In this document: positions 48,230-62,010 of the stretch, in pieces
Numbering within the stretch: position 1 is the stretch's first letter
Layout of the letters: the number at the start of each line of letters is the position of its first letter
Assembly (NCBI GenBank): GCA_044892525.1
Contig: CM097885.1
Location: 267,840,001-267,904,000 of the forward strand
DNA: 64,000 nt
Reading direction: 5' to 3'
From: Schmidtea polychroa
Lineage: Eukaryota
Notes under the pieces: generated by a model
The model's input: only the letters and a program-made list of their open reading frames with translations
What the model was told of the DNA's origin: nothing
Databases searched by the model: none
Translations under genes and position numbers: made by a program

Positions 48230-51200
48230 AATCTAGTCGTGTACCGAAATATAAATAATCTTTCTAATTCCCAGTATTCGATTCTGTAACTCTAATCTTT
48301 CTGATTTATGATTTTCTATTAATAATTGTAGTTTATATGGTTCATCATTTTCATACCGTTCTTTGGCAATCTTTTTCACAAAAACAATTTGTGCAGGACT
48401 CAACTGAGTAGTTCTCTGAATTGTCGCATTCAACATAAATTCAACTTCAGGAAGTATTTCGACCCAGTCTTTGCTCGTTCTTTCTTTTAAGTAAATTTGG
48501 ATGGCATCTCTAATAGTCTAAATTGGCTTTTAATTTGTCCACTAGATGAATGATACGGACTTGAATATACTAAATTAATCCCATGTTTCTCTGCAAATAC
48601 TATTAATAAGGCTGACTCAAATGCTTTTCCTCTATCACAATGAATACTCCTTGAAGAACTAAATTTCAAAATTTAATTTTCATAAATAATTGTTGCAATT
48701 GTCTTTTCATCTTGCTCAGAAACTACACTTAAAGAAATATATTTTCTTAATTGGTCTATAATTACCAAAATATACTTTTTCCTACTCCTAGCAGTTTTCA
48801 TTGGGCCACAAAAGCCAATAAAAATTGATTCAAATAAATAAACTTCTTTTGGTCTAATTAGTTTTCTGCTGTTCGTGTAGTCATAGCCTTTCTTCTTTGG
48901 CAATTTTTGCACGACCCGACTATAAATTCATGTCTGTTTCCCATGTCAAATTTCCTAGAAATATATTCAGGGACTTTATTAACCCCAGCGTGACACATAA
49001 TTTTAAGCGTATACTAAAACAAATTTTTCTTTTCTTTCACCTGGAATCCATATTTTACTTTTACTTGAATGAATTTATTACTTTCATCACTTTCTATAAT
49101 TTTTTTTCTTTCCCGATAAGTATATCTCTTGATATTTTCTATTTCTTTAGAATCTCGTTGCCACAGTTTTTCATCTTCTTGACACATGAGTGCTAGAATC
49201 TTTGTTTTTAGTTTTCCTGTTTTTGGTTCCTCGTGAATCGCTTGATATTGTATGCACGTATCGCATTCAGTTCTCGATAGCGCATTTGCATTAGAATGCG
49301 TTTCATCTTTACGGTATTCCATTTCAATGTTTAGACCACTTAGTTGGTTGATCCATGTTTGAAATTGCGGTATGATTGGCTTCTTGGTCTTCAACATAAA
49401 CGTTATTGCCTTGTGCTGTCCTTAGTTTAAACCTTTTACCATATAAATAATGATAGAAATGTTCGGTAAAATAAATTATGGCTAATAATTCTTTCCGAGT
49501 GATACAATAGCCTACTTCGTGTTTGTTCATAGCGTGCGAACCATATGCAATTACTTTTTCTGTGCTATTTTCATGTACTTGTGATAAAACAGCTCCAATT
49601 CTGTTAAAACTAGCATCTGTGTCCAAAATAATTTCCTTTGTAAAGTCAGAGAATACAAGAATTGGAGCTTTTACTAATGCTTTCTTTAATTCTTGAAAGC
49701 CTCTTCGCATTTATTTGTCCACATAATATTTTGTCTGATTTACACCGCAGTGGTTTTGAATACATACTATAATTTTTTATAAATCGACGATAATAATTTG
49801 TTGATCCATGAAAACTTCGTAATTTTTTAGCACATTTTTGGGGTTTCGAAATTTTTAATAGCGATAATTTTGTTGTCATCAGTGTATATTCCTTCCTTTT
49901 TTAATAAAATAACATTTTTCTGGACTAATCTTTAAGCCAGAATCACTTATTCTTTGAAATACTTTTCTTATTCTCTTATAGTGTTCTTGCAAGAAGACGA
50001 AAATATTAATATGTCGTCAAGATAAACAACAGCTTCTTTGACATTCAGTGGTCCTAAAACTTTATTCATGAGCTTTTGAAATTTTGCAGGCGCAGCGGCA
50101 ATGCCAAAAGGCATATGATTAAAACAATATTGAGTATTATTTTTGGAAAATGCTGTTTTTAATCTAGATTCATCTTGTAGCTCAACTTGATAATAAGCAT
50201 TCCCTAAATCAAGGGTGGTAAAATATTTGGCGTCATACAAAATATCTAACATTTCTTGAGTATTCGGAATGGGAAATATTGGTCTTTTTGTCACCCCATA
50301 TAATGCTCTATAATCTAAACATATCCTAATATCATCTTTATCTTTCTTTTTAAAACAGACTAAAGATGAGTTTTACGGAGACTCATATTGACTTATTATA
50401 CCGTTTTCCTCCATATCCTTAATATTTTTTTTTCAATTTTCTCAATTAGATTAAATAGTTGGCATCTTGGGTTAATAATAATAGGTTCACTTTTTATTAA
50501 TATATCATCTTTTACTAAATTGGTTTTGCCCATATCCCATCTTTTCATATTCTTTAATTATTTTATTCAATGTTACATCTCAACTAATTTGATCATTATT
50601 TTTAAAATTACTTGGTTTCCCATCATCCAACATTAAAATATTTTCTTTTCGTGAGTTCAATACAAGTTTAATATTAAATTGATCTAACATATTAATACCT
50701 CTTTTACACTTGGCGAAATTTCATTTGCGAATAAGAAATCGACCTTATTTTCTTGATTAAAATTTTTATTTTAACGAAACCTTTCCTAATATTTCTAACG
50801 AGCTCTAATTTGCAAATTTACCAATAAATTAGTGTTTTCAACTTTGACATTTTCGAGAGCCTTTAGTACATTTTTACTAATGACACTTATTTTGCATACC
50901 GTATCCAAAAGACAATTAAAATTCTTAATATTAATCAAGATATTAATACTGGACCTATCCCCCCCCCTTTATCGTATTTTATTACCCTATCATAATCATT
51001 ATTTAAAGTGCATACTTTATTGTCAATACTTTTATCTATTTTATCTACAGTATTCATACATGTAGTATCAAGCATACCACAATCATTATACCAAATGTTG
51101 TCAAAAAATTCAATTTCATGCAAACAATTACAAACATTCTCATACATACAATCACTGCTCAAGATCTTACTTACATTTAGTTTATCGCTTCAATCACTTC

Positions 51201-51630
51201 CTCCTGTGTTGGAGCTTTGGCAATTGGGTATTCGCTGTCGGACATCAGATTCTCGTCGCTTCCTTAGTCTGTAATCGCTGCCATATTTTGTTGAGATTTG
51301 TAGCTTTGTGATTCTCTTAAATCGAAGCATTGGAATTTAAAATGGCCTGCCTTCTTGCAATGTTTATTTTATGTTCGGACATTGAGCCCTTATATGTCCT
51401 AATTTCTTCTAAGAAAATTTTCAGACTCCCCAATGGTAAAGATTTTCGGCGTTGGAGTAAAAGCATTTAATGGGTTTTTTGTCACGAGTCCAGGCGTGGT
51501 CTTCACGTTAGAAGATCTTTATCCAAAATTTTGTCATATCTCTCGGCAATTTTCGATTAATGGAATTATGGTGATATACAATTTCATCTTCTTAAAATAT
51601 TGATTGAAATCATCTCAGCCATGGAAGAAT
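48230..51630 (-). mobile_element. Ty3/Gypsy LTR retrotransposon, defective gag-PR-RT-RH-IN
   Basis: Zinc knuckles (GHIRAQCP, HCKKAGHFKFQC), protease-like CLLDTVCKISVIS, RT LDLGNAYYQV..YLDDILI, RNase H LDTDAS..ELLAI, integrase YILVIIDQ..IHCDRGKAF. The 5' end lies in a gap. Confidence 0.92.
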
Positions 51631-52249
51631 TCACAGCAATTCCCGGGTTNNNNNNNNNNNNNNNNNNNNNNNNNNNNNNNNNNNNNNNNNNNNNNNNNNN
51701 NNNNNNNNNNNNNNNNNNNNNNNNNNNNNNNNNNNNNNNNNNNNNNNNNNNNNNNNNNNNNNNNNNNNNNNNNNNNNNNNNNNNNNNNNNNNNNNNNNNN
51801 NNNNNNNNNNNNNNNNNNNNNNNNNNNNNNNNNNNNNTATTCGTAACAGGTAGGCCATATATATACCAAATCCGTTCAAAAAGCTACGTTTCGTATAGTT
51901 AAATGGTGGGTAGGTTCCATGTCATTCGAAAACCGTGTACGATGAGACAAAAAACATTATTTATTGCAAAAAAATGTGTAAAAACTTGATACAAATGTAA
52001 AAGTTCTGATAAGGATTATGCATACCTATGCAAGTACAGAATAATATGTATTGTCATTGAGAAAAATATTCTAAATACATAATTCATAGATAAAGTTTGT
52101 AGCGCCAACTAAAATAACAAAAATATATAATTAATTGTCACAACTTGATAATAAGTTAAATTGTTTATGACGAACTGGACCATAATTGGTATCATTACCC
52201 GAGAGATTTGTATCATCAAGTTCTTCAATGGCCACTTTCATCGTGTAAT

Positions 52250-52880
52250 ATTTTGAATACTTTCCGCACTACTTTCCGCGAGTTCCTGTGTCGTGAACTT
52301 ATTTATTAAAAAGTCTATTATCAGAGATTGTACTTTTGGTTTTTTAGGTTCATTTAACAACTTTTGATACCCAGCTAAACAATTCTTCATATTTCGTTCC
52401 AATTTTAGGGCACGTTCACATTTGGAATAGTTTCAAAGAAAGCATTCATCATGCATTCACCATATGTTAGAGCCTCATCAATTAAACTAACAATTAGTTT
52501 ATATATTTCGGCATTTTCGTCGTTATCGCCATCACGGCTCTCAGTATTTCTGTCATCTATTATTATTTCAATCAGATCATCGACATCTCGTGGTTTATCT
52601 ATCATGAATTCAGGTCCGCCAGTCTTCAAATCTTTCTCTGTCAATTACGTGGAAGACTCCTGATGCATTCTGAGTTAGGGCGGTTTTTTGGATCAAGTAA
52701 CGTCAGATTCTTGTAAAAAAAAGAACGTTTAACAAAACAGTGGGGTGTATATATATATATATTAATAGTGGTGTATTGATAAAATAAGAAGTACCGGAAC
52801 GGTGGTGAGATCAAAATAATAGTCTGCGACTTTCCACAAGCAGCTTCCTGAAGGTTTTTCGGAAATAATTTTATTTTAAG
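52250..52880 (-). mobile_element. pogo/Tigger-like transposase C-terminal remnant
   Basis: GGPEF..DVDDLIE..AFFETIPN / KLERNMKNCLAGYQKLLNEPKKPKVQSLIIDF resembles Tigger C-termini (DP..ER..KF.R..CY...KK..Q..I.DFF), recognised from memory. Confidence 0.5.
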
Positions 52881-55800
52881 CAAACTATTGTTTTGCTTGT
52901 AAGTTTTTATCTTTTTTTATTCTTACTATATTAACAAACACAAAAATAAGAAATTCGAAAAAAGATAAAAATAAGAATCTTAAAGATATTATTATTTTTA
53001 TACAATACACTTATAGTGTACTACAAAAACTCCCATATAGGATCGTACACAATTTCATCATTTGCCCCTGCTCTTTTAGTTTGCTTGTCATTCGCACTAT
53101 TGTTCAATTTTATAAGTTTAGCAGTATGGTAGGTAGAATAGCCAATGCAGAACACATAATGTTCATTTGATTTAAAAGGGGAAAAGAAACAAGACTCAAA
53201 AAGCAAGATAAATTCTCAATTAATTAACATATTTCTTGAAATGTTTTTGCAAATTCCACAATTAAAAATATATTTTTCATTTGAAATTAAAAAAAATACT
53301 ACTAAAAAAAGTACCGGGACGCGTTCTGTTTCCGAAAAAATATGCCTGAACGTCGTTACGCCAGGTCCTCCTCCCAATACAGCACTGTATACTAGATATG
53401 TGATCACATCACATGTACCATCTTGTATCATTGGAATAAATAATAGTATAATATGAGCACTCAGTCATGCAGCATTAGTCAAGTAATGTAGTATAAAGGT
53501 GCAATCAAATATCCCATTACAATTACAGTCCATATCCATCTGGTAATTCAGGAATTGCTTTATAGTTTGTCTAATATAGAATGTGTTAAGCATCCTCGAT
53601 ATTTTTTTTCCAGTTAAATCCTTTTTCCATATCATTATTAATTTCTATGATTTCATTTCCTCTATGATGTACTGAGTTTATGGCTCCTTATCTCTCAGCC
53701 GAACTGTCTCAGTTACTAGTTGGTCTGGTATACGACATAATTTCCAACTTCATCACTTAATTATATCACACCTAGAATAAAAAGATTAAATGTTACTTAA
53801 CAATCTATAAAATGTCCCAAAATTATTGTTCTCGTAATACCAAATGTTTGTGAAATTACCCTTAAAGATTTCCTTTGAAAAAAAATCGTAAAATTTTCAC
53901 AACAAAGTCATTTGATAACTCGAAATTTCATAATTACCATTGGGACGAGTTGCCCATTTTGTAAACCATTGATAAGCACAACTCACATTTCCCTCTCTGA
54001 TTTCAACTGTTTCAATCAAACCATTTTAATCACGGCTACATAAAATGTTCACATCAAACATAACCTACTGAACATTTTTAATTACTGCTTGAAATTACGA
54101 CCTATCTCAACTATTTTGGCAATATTGCAAACGAGTTGGCCAAATTCATTTGCTCAATTTCATATTTATTTAAATTATTTGCCAGTTATTAGAAAATAGA
54201 AACAAAAATAACTCAGAAAATAACGCATCGAACATCCATTCTAATGCGTTAGTAAACACTAAGGATTTCTCTTCCATGAGTTAGGTCTCCTTTGAACTAT
54301 TTTTGATTCTTTCGGAAAGTACTGGATTCATTAAAACAAAACACAAAATACAAATTAAATCTACATTTTTATTTACTCTTAAAATTAATATAATTAAAAT
54401 TGCACATAAAATTATTTCTTTTTCAGTCAGGATTGCCTGCTGACCTTGATGCACTCAGATACACAAACATGTTTCTATTGGATAAACTTATAAAAAGCAT
54501 TACGGTACAGCCGATTGTACATTGCTATGAGATTTATATTGGATCATATATTGTTTACACGCGATTCGCTGATCCAATATGTACAAAATGAGGTTAAAAA
54601 TAAATAAAAACACCAAATCCACAATAATAATCTAAAGTACAAAATATTAATTAAAAAATCAAAAAATATTAAAATAGAATATGTTCCGTGGGAAAATGGT
54701 ATGAGCGGACATACCGCTTTTTAATTTTTGTCTAAAATTTTAATCATTTATCTCAAACCTTAAAGTAATTTTGTAATAAGGGAAATTTTATCTTATAAGT
54801 CGACAAAATAGAAATTTACTTAAAATGCCTAATTAAAATAAAATTTTAATGTTGCCCCCCGCGGCTTAGAAAAAATTACGTGGACGTCTGAGTGACATCG
54901 TTTGGATCTTTACCATGAAGTGTTGACAAAATTGTTTGTGATTAAACAAAAGTTATTTTGTTGATATTCGAGTATTGCTGTTTTAAGTAAAGAAGAGGAA
55001 CCAGATCAGAAGGAAATTCTTATTAATACCCCAACAACATATTACATGTGGTTAAGAATTGGTTTAAGAATGTAAAATTTGAAAAAAAATTATTCAGGGG
55101 CCAATGATTTTAGAGTAATTGCGCAATCCAAAAATTTATCGCTAAAGACTTGATATTTTTGGGAATTTACATTTACTCCAATTGATAATCTCTCAAAATT
55201 AGTGTATCGAAAGGACTGTAACTTCCATCATGGTCTTATTTGTCACAAGAGGTATCAGACAAGAATATATTGGACTACTCTATCTGGCACATGGAGTATT
55301 GTTGGGATTATACACAAATATATATAATTCAAAATGATTGCAACTTAATTAAAAACTAATTAAATATTCAAAAAAGTAAAAATCAATATTTTTCGGAAGG
55401 GGAGTGGTAACAAGCAGTAAATGAAAATCTAAAACATAAAATAAATTGATGAGGGATTCCTAGTGGGATCTAAAATCGATAAACAAACAAATCAATTTTT
55501 TATTTAACCTCATTATTAATAAAGGGGGAACTCATAAATACTGAAAATTCTCGAGAAATGTCATCCAAAGTAGATTGTAAGAGGGAGATTTGACCAAATT
55601 GTTGCATGCTTATCTCTAGAATAGAGATGGCAAGCCAATTCAAGAAAATAATGATTAAGGAGAAAATAGTCACAGTACTACATGGGCATTTCGCATAACG
55701 AGATGCAAACTCCCAAAAAAGGTAAATGATGAATGGGGACAAATCACTATAAAAGCAACTGGTAAAAATCAGAATCAAATTAAAAATATTTTACTGAGCG

Positions 55801-56198
55801 GGTAAACTGAGATGGATTTATACGAATTAAGTTAACCGAATCAGATTGGATATTTGATTAGAATATGATATTCTTTGAGTATCTACCTCACAAGTTGCGC
55901 CTGTGTGCGCAATAGTTATTTGGCTTGTCTGCTGGGTTCACACACAAATGCAAGTAGTTGGATGTCTGATTAATGTTTTATTTATTATTTTAATATTTTC
56001 TGGAATTTATCGAACGTGTTTTGGAAATAACTTTTGATTTTTTGTTTTAAAGTCAATTTGAAAGTATTTTTGATTAATAAACATTTTCAAGTTTTTGTCC
56101 TTAATTTATGAATATGTTTATGATTATACTTGGTATGAGTCCAACAGATAGTTAGAGATTCTGGCGATGATATAACGCCCGATGCATCTCATAATATT

Positions 56199-56345
56199 GA
56201 TAATATTAAAGAAAAAGTGTGTTCCATTGCTCTTGAATTTGAACAAGAAATGCAAACTACTGCGTTTTCATCGTTACTTGAAAAGAGTTATGAATTACCA
56301 GATGATCAAGTTATTACCATTGGAAATGAAAGATTCAGATGTCCA
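56199..56345 (+). pseudogene. Isolated actin gene fragment (approx. residues 211-258)
   Basis: [49 protein letters not shown] versus conserved actin [49 protein letters not shown]. The flanks lose similarity abruptly. Confidence 0.9.
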
Positions 56346-57469
56346 TTATCGATGACAATTAACCACCATCTTAAAGATTTCAATTCTTTGTGAGCGTTAC
56401 TTGCACAGACAAATGTAGCAACGTTGAGCCTACAAATTATTGATAGTAGCGTTGCCTCACTTGAATTCGTTAAAGCTTTCGGGTACTCATGTATCCTATA
56501 TGATTTCAGAATATGTATTACATCTATTAATGGTTTATAATATGGTTTATAATGACCTTTCAAGCCTATTTCACTAGCACTGAAAGAGAATAAAGTGTTG
56601 AAATACTGATTTTGTGATTTCTATTTATAGTTATTTCTTAGCCATCGAGCAAATTTAATGATCTTTATTTTTGGAACTATTTTTGGTAATTACATTTCTA
56701 TTTTAAATAATTATTTATGTTATAATATAATAGCACATCTTCTCGAACCTTCGGCTACCGGGTCCGATTTGCAAAATGAAAACCTATGCGAACCACCCGA
56801 CTAGTGAAGTGGGGGAATAATGACAGATAAAAATATCAACTTATCTTCTTCTATATTAAATTTATATTAGTTGTATATTACAGATATTGAATATGGAATT
56901 ATAAACTATCTGAACAAAAAAGATTCTAGTTCACATGCCAATATCCAAAATCCCGATTGATCTTGGTGCATATTTAAAAAATTTTTAGAAACCAACAATT
57001 TCAGAACCTCTGATCTATAGAATTTTTTAGAAATGATGATGGGGGGGGGCAACATAGGGTTCAGAAGAAGGAGCTCCTAGACCTCATTTCATTTGTGTTT
57101 GTTTTTTCGTTTTCAACAGATCCACAACATTGTCAATCTTTAACTCAGATTATTAATATATTTCCATGGTTCTTCAAACCCTTCTGAACATGCGTGGATT
57201 CAGAAATTCCCATTAGCGTATCGACAACATGAATTATATAAACATGCGACTGAATAGACATATTAATAATAATGGAGTATTACATGTGATACTAGAGGTT
57301 ACAGCTATGAATGGTTCACCATCAATATTCTGAACCAATGAGTATTGAAATAGACAATATGTTGATAAGGAGAAACCTCAACTCATAATTAAACAATTTC
57401 TATGTTTGAAAGGAATTTTATTTGTCTAATGTTTTGAAAATTCTGAAATTAATTTCATGATGATTTCAG

Positions 57470-57666
57470 TGGAATCGATGAAATGAAAGAAAAATTCAAC
57501 TTCCTTCGTAAGCCTGGCGACCCTGCAGTTCCAATCTTGTCAGATAATACATCAAACAAATCTATTCGACTCAAAGAAATAGAAAAACTGGTCAGGGTGG
57601 GCAAGTTATTAAATGAGCAAATAAAACGATGGAATGAATCATTTGAGCAGCTCTTGAATGACAAAT
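57470..57666 (+). CDS. Exon of an RGS (regulator of G-protein signalling) domain protein
   Basis: Acceptor tttcag|t, donor AAA T|gtgagt. Reads GIDEMKEKFNFLRK..EQIKRWNESFEQLLNDK, matching RGS helix 1-2 (W.ESFE.LL). Downstream RGS exons were not found in the called sequence. Confidence 0.7.
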
Positions 57667-60418
57667 GTGAGTCTTTTTGTTGGAAATATCCTCATTTATA
57701 TACAAACATTTGCTATGCTCAATATAACCTGTTATCACGCATGAATTCACGATCATTAGGACCCGGACCATTAGGAATTTATCGTCCCGTATAAAAGTTA
57801 ACTTTGTTTTATAAAAAAATTTATTTTCTGTAAATACATCTATCGTATAATTTATTAACAAGTTAAATAGTTTATAAATACAAACAAATTTTAAATTGAA
57901 TTAAAAAGAGAGATTGAAGACTATAAATCAGTAATATATCGATGTTTGTTGATACTCACGAATTTTCGGCACTGCCTTTTTCAATTGANNNNNNNNNNNN
58001 NNNNNNNNNNNNNNNNNNNNNNNNNNNNNNNNNNNNNNNNNNNNNNNNNNNNNNNNNNNNNNNNNNNNNNNNNNNNNNNNNNNNNNNNNNNNNNNNNNNN
58101 NNNNNNNNNNNNNNNNNNNNNNNNNNNNNNNNNNNNNNNNNNNNNNNNNNNNNNNNNNNNNNNNNNNNNNNNNNNNNNNNNNNNNNNNNNNNNNNNNNNN
58201 NNNNNNNNNNNNNNNNNNNNNNNNNNNNNNNNNNNNNNNNNNNNNNNNNNNNNNNNNNNNNNNNNNNNNNNNNNGAGTAAATATAAATACGTAAATACTA
58301 GATTTACGGGAAAAATTTTCATACCAATGTTTAATGAACGCTGTCAGATTGACAAATAAAATTACTTAATCAAAAATAAATTAATATATTTCATAATTTA
58401 TTTAATTTTGAAAAATTTAAAATCATCAAATCAGGATTAATGACCTTTACATGCGTCTACACTTAATATAAATATTTAATAAATATTATTGACTGCTGAA
58501 AACCTTTGCAAACTTGCAACGGAGTTTTCTGATTTGTCAAAAACGAATAAGGTGAAAAATATGAAAGACCAATGACAATAAGAGTCAAGAGCGATTGAAA
58601 CCCACCAGAAACTATTCGACCTTAACTGATCCAATCATGTTAATTGCAACGATATCTGGAAGAAACTATTCAAATGTATTTGCTTCATAAATTCTAAAGT
58701 ACTTGCATTATAATAAAGTGACGTATTGGAGTCTGCGTAAATTGATAAATTTTATTACACCAATAGATTATAATGCCAGTTCCAATTAATCTGATTTTAC
58801 AATGATAATGGTAAACTGCACTCATATTTTCATGGAGGTGTTACACGTGACCAATCCCCCATTTGACGCACGGCCGGATAAATGCAGCCATCCCATTGGT
58901 CATTTAGATGGCGCAACAAATCCATCAAATATTGCATGTAAACTCCATTAACCCATTAACAATTTAAACATGCATTCACCAATCATAGTTCCTCTGCACA
59001 ACCTTGCACGCAAATATCAATAGCAACAAAATTTAAATTCAAGTAAGAATGGAATTAGAATTTTGAATATTCTCTATGAATAAATCTGGCAAATTTGAGC
59101 TCAGTGACAAATTACAGATTGCCAGGCAGAGTGAGCTTTGGGCACATAATGACATATCTAGAGATTTTGTTTTATCATAATCCATTTCACTCAGTTAAAG
59201 GAAAAATAATTTCATTATAAAATTTGTGCAATATTTATTATCAAAATAGCCCTCCCTCCCTTTCCAATCAATTAATAGAACATAAATTGATTGATGTAGA
59301 ATAATAATCAAAGTGAAAACAATTGGAAATCAATATTTGCACTCAATGTGAATAGAATTGTCCAATAGTTGACAAACAAGAATTGATTGACAAGAAAGAA
59401 AATCGAGTGGCGAATTCAGCAAATCCAGTTTGGAAATGCCGAGAAACTCGGCCGAGTTCAATTGAGAGAATCCAATTTAGAGCGATTAATGAATGCTTCT
59501 GCCTCTGCTGCTGCCTCTGTCGCTGCCTTCGCTGCTGCCTCCACTGCTGTAGAAGTTTTGGGAATCAGAGAAATTAATTATTTCGTGTCACTCGAGATAT
59601 TTTTTGGAAAGGATTTCACAAATTTTTAATATAAAAGTAAATTAATTTTTCTTTTCACATTTTTCTTTTGGGGAAATTCTATTGATTTTTTGATAGAGAA
59701 TTTGTTGACAAAGAGTTTAACAATTGCCATTGTGATGGATATTCTCCAGTTGCCAATTGTGAGGCATAAGTCAAATTATTTTTCCATACTCGTTTCTACT
59801 ATTAGGCAGCATTATCATTGTGCAGCGGGGGGGGGGTTAGCCACTGACGACATTCGGTGCGCTAATCTATTATTTTCTCCTACATTCCTAATCTTTATCC
59901 TTATGATTTCTTCCAGCCGTCTTATTTATTATATTTTTCTCTCTCGCCCTATACATCGTTCTTCGGGTAAATCTAGTTATCAATTATACTGGTGCTGATA
60001 TACGATTAATTCACTTATTATTCTATTATCAATTCATTATATTAGGTTTATTGTAAAGGATTAAATTTGACCATAGTGTTACTCTCAGGTTTTGAGTTCA
60101 ATGGTAAATAATGGAATGCCTTATTCTTTACAGCAGCACGGTATATTTGACAATTTTGATAAATCATCTTTAATCATGCCTTTTATATATTTAAATAGAC
60201 AATTTTCATTTTAAAATTATCATATAAAAACAAATAAAAATGACCGAATACAAATTCAAACATCTTATAGCGACTTTCTGAATTTACGACTATATTAAGA
60301 TGGTGAACCCCACCCCCCCCCCATTAATGGACACAAACATACATATTAAGAGCAAATTTTATTCGTTAAAAATATATAATAGCATTAATATAAAAATAAT
60401 AATATTAATAATAATAAT

Positions 60419-60468
<50 letters not shown>

Positions 60469-60493
60469 TAATTAGAATAATAATTATAAAGAT

Positions 60494-61675
60494 TGTAAGG
60501 CGTTTAGATCTGAGAGTTAAATATTTCAATGATTTATTAAAATAATTTTTAAATTGAAAAGCGATTTTATTAAAGATAAATTTTAAATAAAGAAGTTTAT
60601 TAGTAAATAATTGTTAAATAAATATATTTTAAATATCGAAATTTTGAGAAATGGTTTTAAAAATATTTTATTCAAGGCTGAAAATTTGTTTGAAAATTAT
60701 ACAATATTTCATAAAATAAATACTTGGAATTATGACGTTATCATTTGAACCTGATTTAAAAAATAATTTAGAAGATGGTTTAGGCAGTTACATGTTTTAC
60801 ATTTGGAAGACAAGGACATGTAGTCGAATGTTATGCGTGTGGTACCCCGGGACACGTGAGAAGAGATTGTCAAAAAAATATGATGTACGAGATGTAGCTT
60901 GGGATGTCATAAAGAGGCAGATTGTTGCACAAATTTGGAGAGAATGAGATATCGGAGAATCAATGACATTTTTGGTAGACAACAAGAGCGATACGACGCA
61001 GGGAATGGTTATCAAGGAACAAGAAAGGATACAAGACAAGCAGACAAGAGATACGTAGCATGCATAGACGAATCAAGTGATGAAAGAATAGAAGATAAAC
61101 ATAGAGAATACCCAAATATCAACGCGCCGATAGAAGAGGAGATAGTCGGGGTAGTGCATTAAACAGCGATGTTGACTACCAAATTATTAATTATTATAAT
61201 AAAAGTAAAATATCATGTATTATAGAAAACGATGTGAAAGATGCAGAGTTAACGGAAGAGAAAAATAATGTAATAAGGAAAGTAAACAGACTCATAAAAA
61301 AGGATTTTGCAGAAAGAGAAAGAGAAAAAATACAAATACTCACATTAGTTATTATAATTTCTTAAAGAAGGGGGTTGTGAGGTGTTTTCAACTGAGAATT
61401 AAATATTTCAATGATTTATTAAGATAATTTTAAATGATAAATAATGGACTATTAAAATAATTTTTAAATAAAGAAGTTTTATTAGTAAATAATTGTTAAA
61501 TAAATATATTTTAAATAACGAAATTTTAATAAATGGTTTTGAAAATATTTTATTCAAGGCTGACAATTTGTTTGAAAATTATACAAATATTTCATTAAAT
61601 AAATACTTGGAATTATGACGCTAACATTTGAACCTAATTTAAAAAATAATTTAGAAAATGCTTTAGCAGCTTCTA
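60494..61675 (+). mobile_element. Miniature LTR retroelement (two ~300-bp LTRs, gag knuckle remnant, PPT)
   Basis: Direct repeats 60494-60792 (TGTAAGG..GTTACA) and 61376-61675 (TGTGAGG..). PPT AAAGAAGGGGG at 61364-61374 and CYACGTPGHVRRDC at 60829-60870. Confidence 0.85.
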
Positions 61676-62010
61676 ATAATGATGATAACTAATAAATAAT
61701 AAATAATATATAAATAATAAAATATTCATATTAATAATAATAGAAAATCGCCAATTAAGTATATTAAAATATAACATTGCTATATATTTCGATCGGTTAA
61801 CAGTCTCCTTCAGGCTAAAAATCGAATAAATAACAACTAAATGAAAATAATAATATTCAAACAAATTAAAAAATAATAATCGTAATCAAACTGTATCAAA
61901 AAGGTATTTTAATAAAATTTTAAAAAACATTTGAATTAATTATAAATTATATAAAATAAATAAAATTAATAAATTTGTTTAATATCCTCAATTTACATAG
62001 TTATTATATC

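Noticed and set aside
51274-51283. TGGCAGCGAT as a tRNA-Leu primer-binding site for the minus-strand Gypsy
   Set aside because: It lies downstream of the Gag zinc knuckles, inside coding sequence, so it cannot be the PBS.
53500-55800. Short ORFs at 54400-54591 and 55500-55778 as exons of a gene
   Set aside because: No recognisable motif and no phase-consistent exon chain could be built.
37-58359. Long ORF-track entries made mostly of X
   Set aside because: They are artefacts of translating through N gaps.
59383-59629. Ala/Cys-rich ORFs over a GC-rich triplet-like tract
   Set aside because: Short and low-complexity, with no convincing splice signals or domain.
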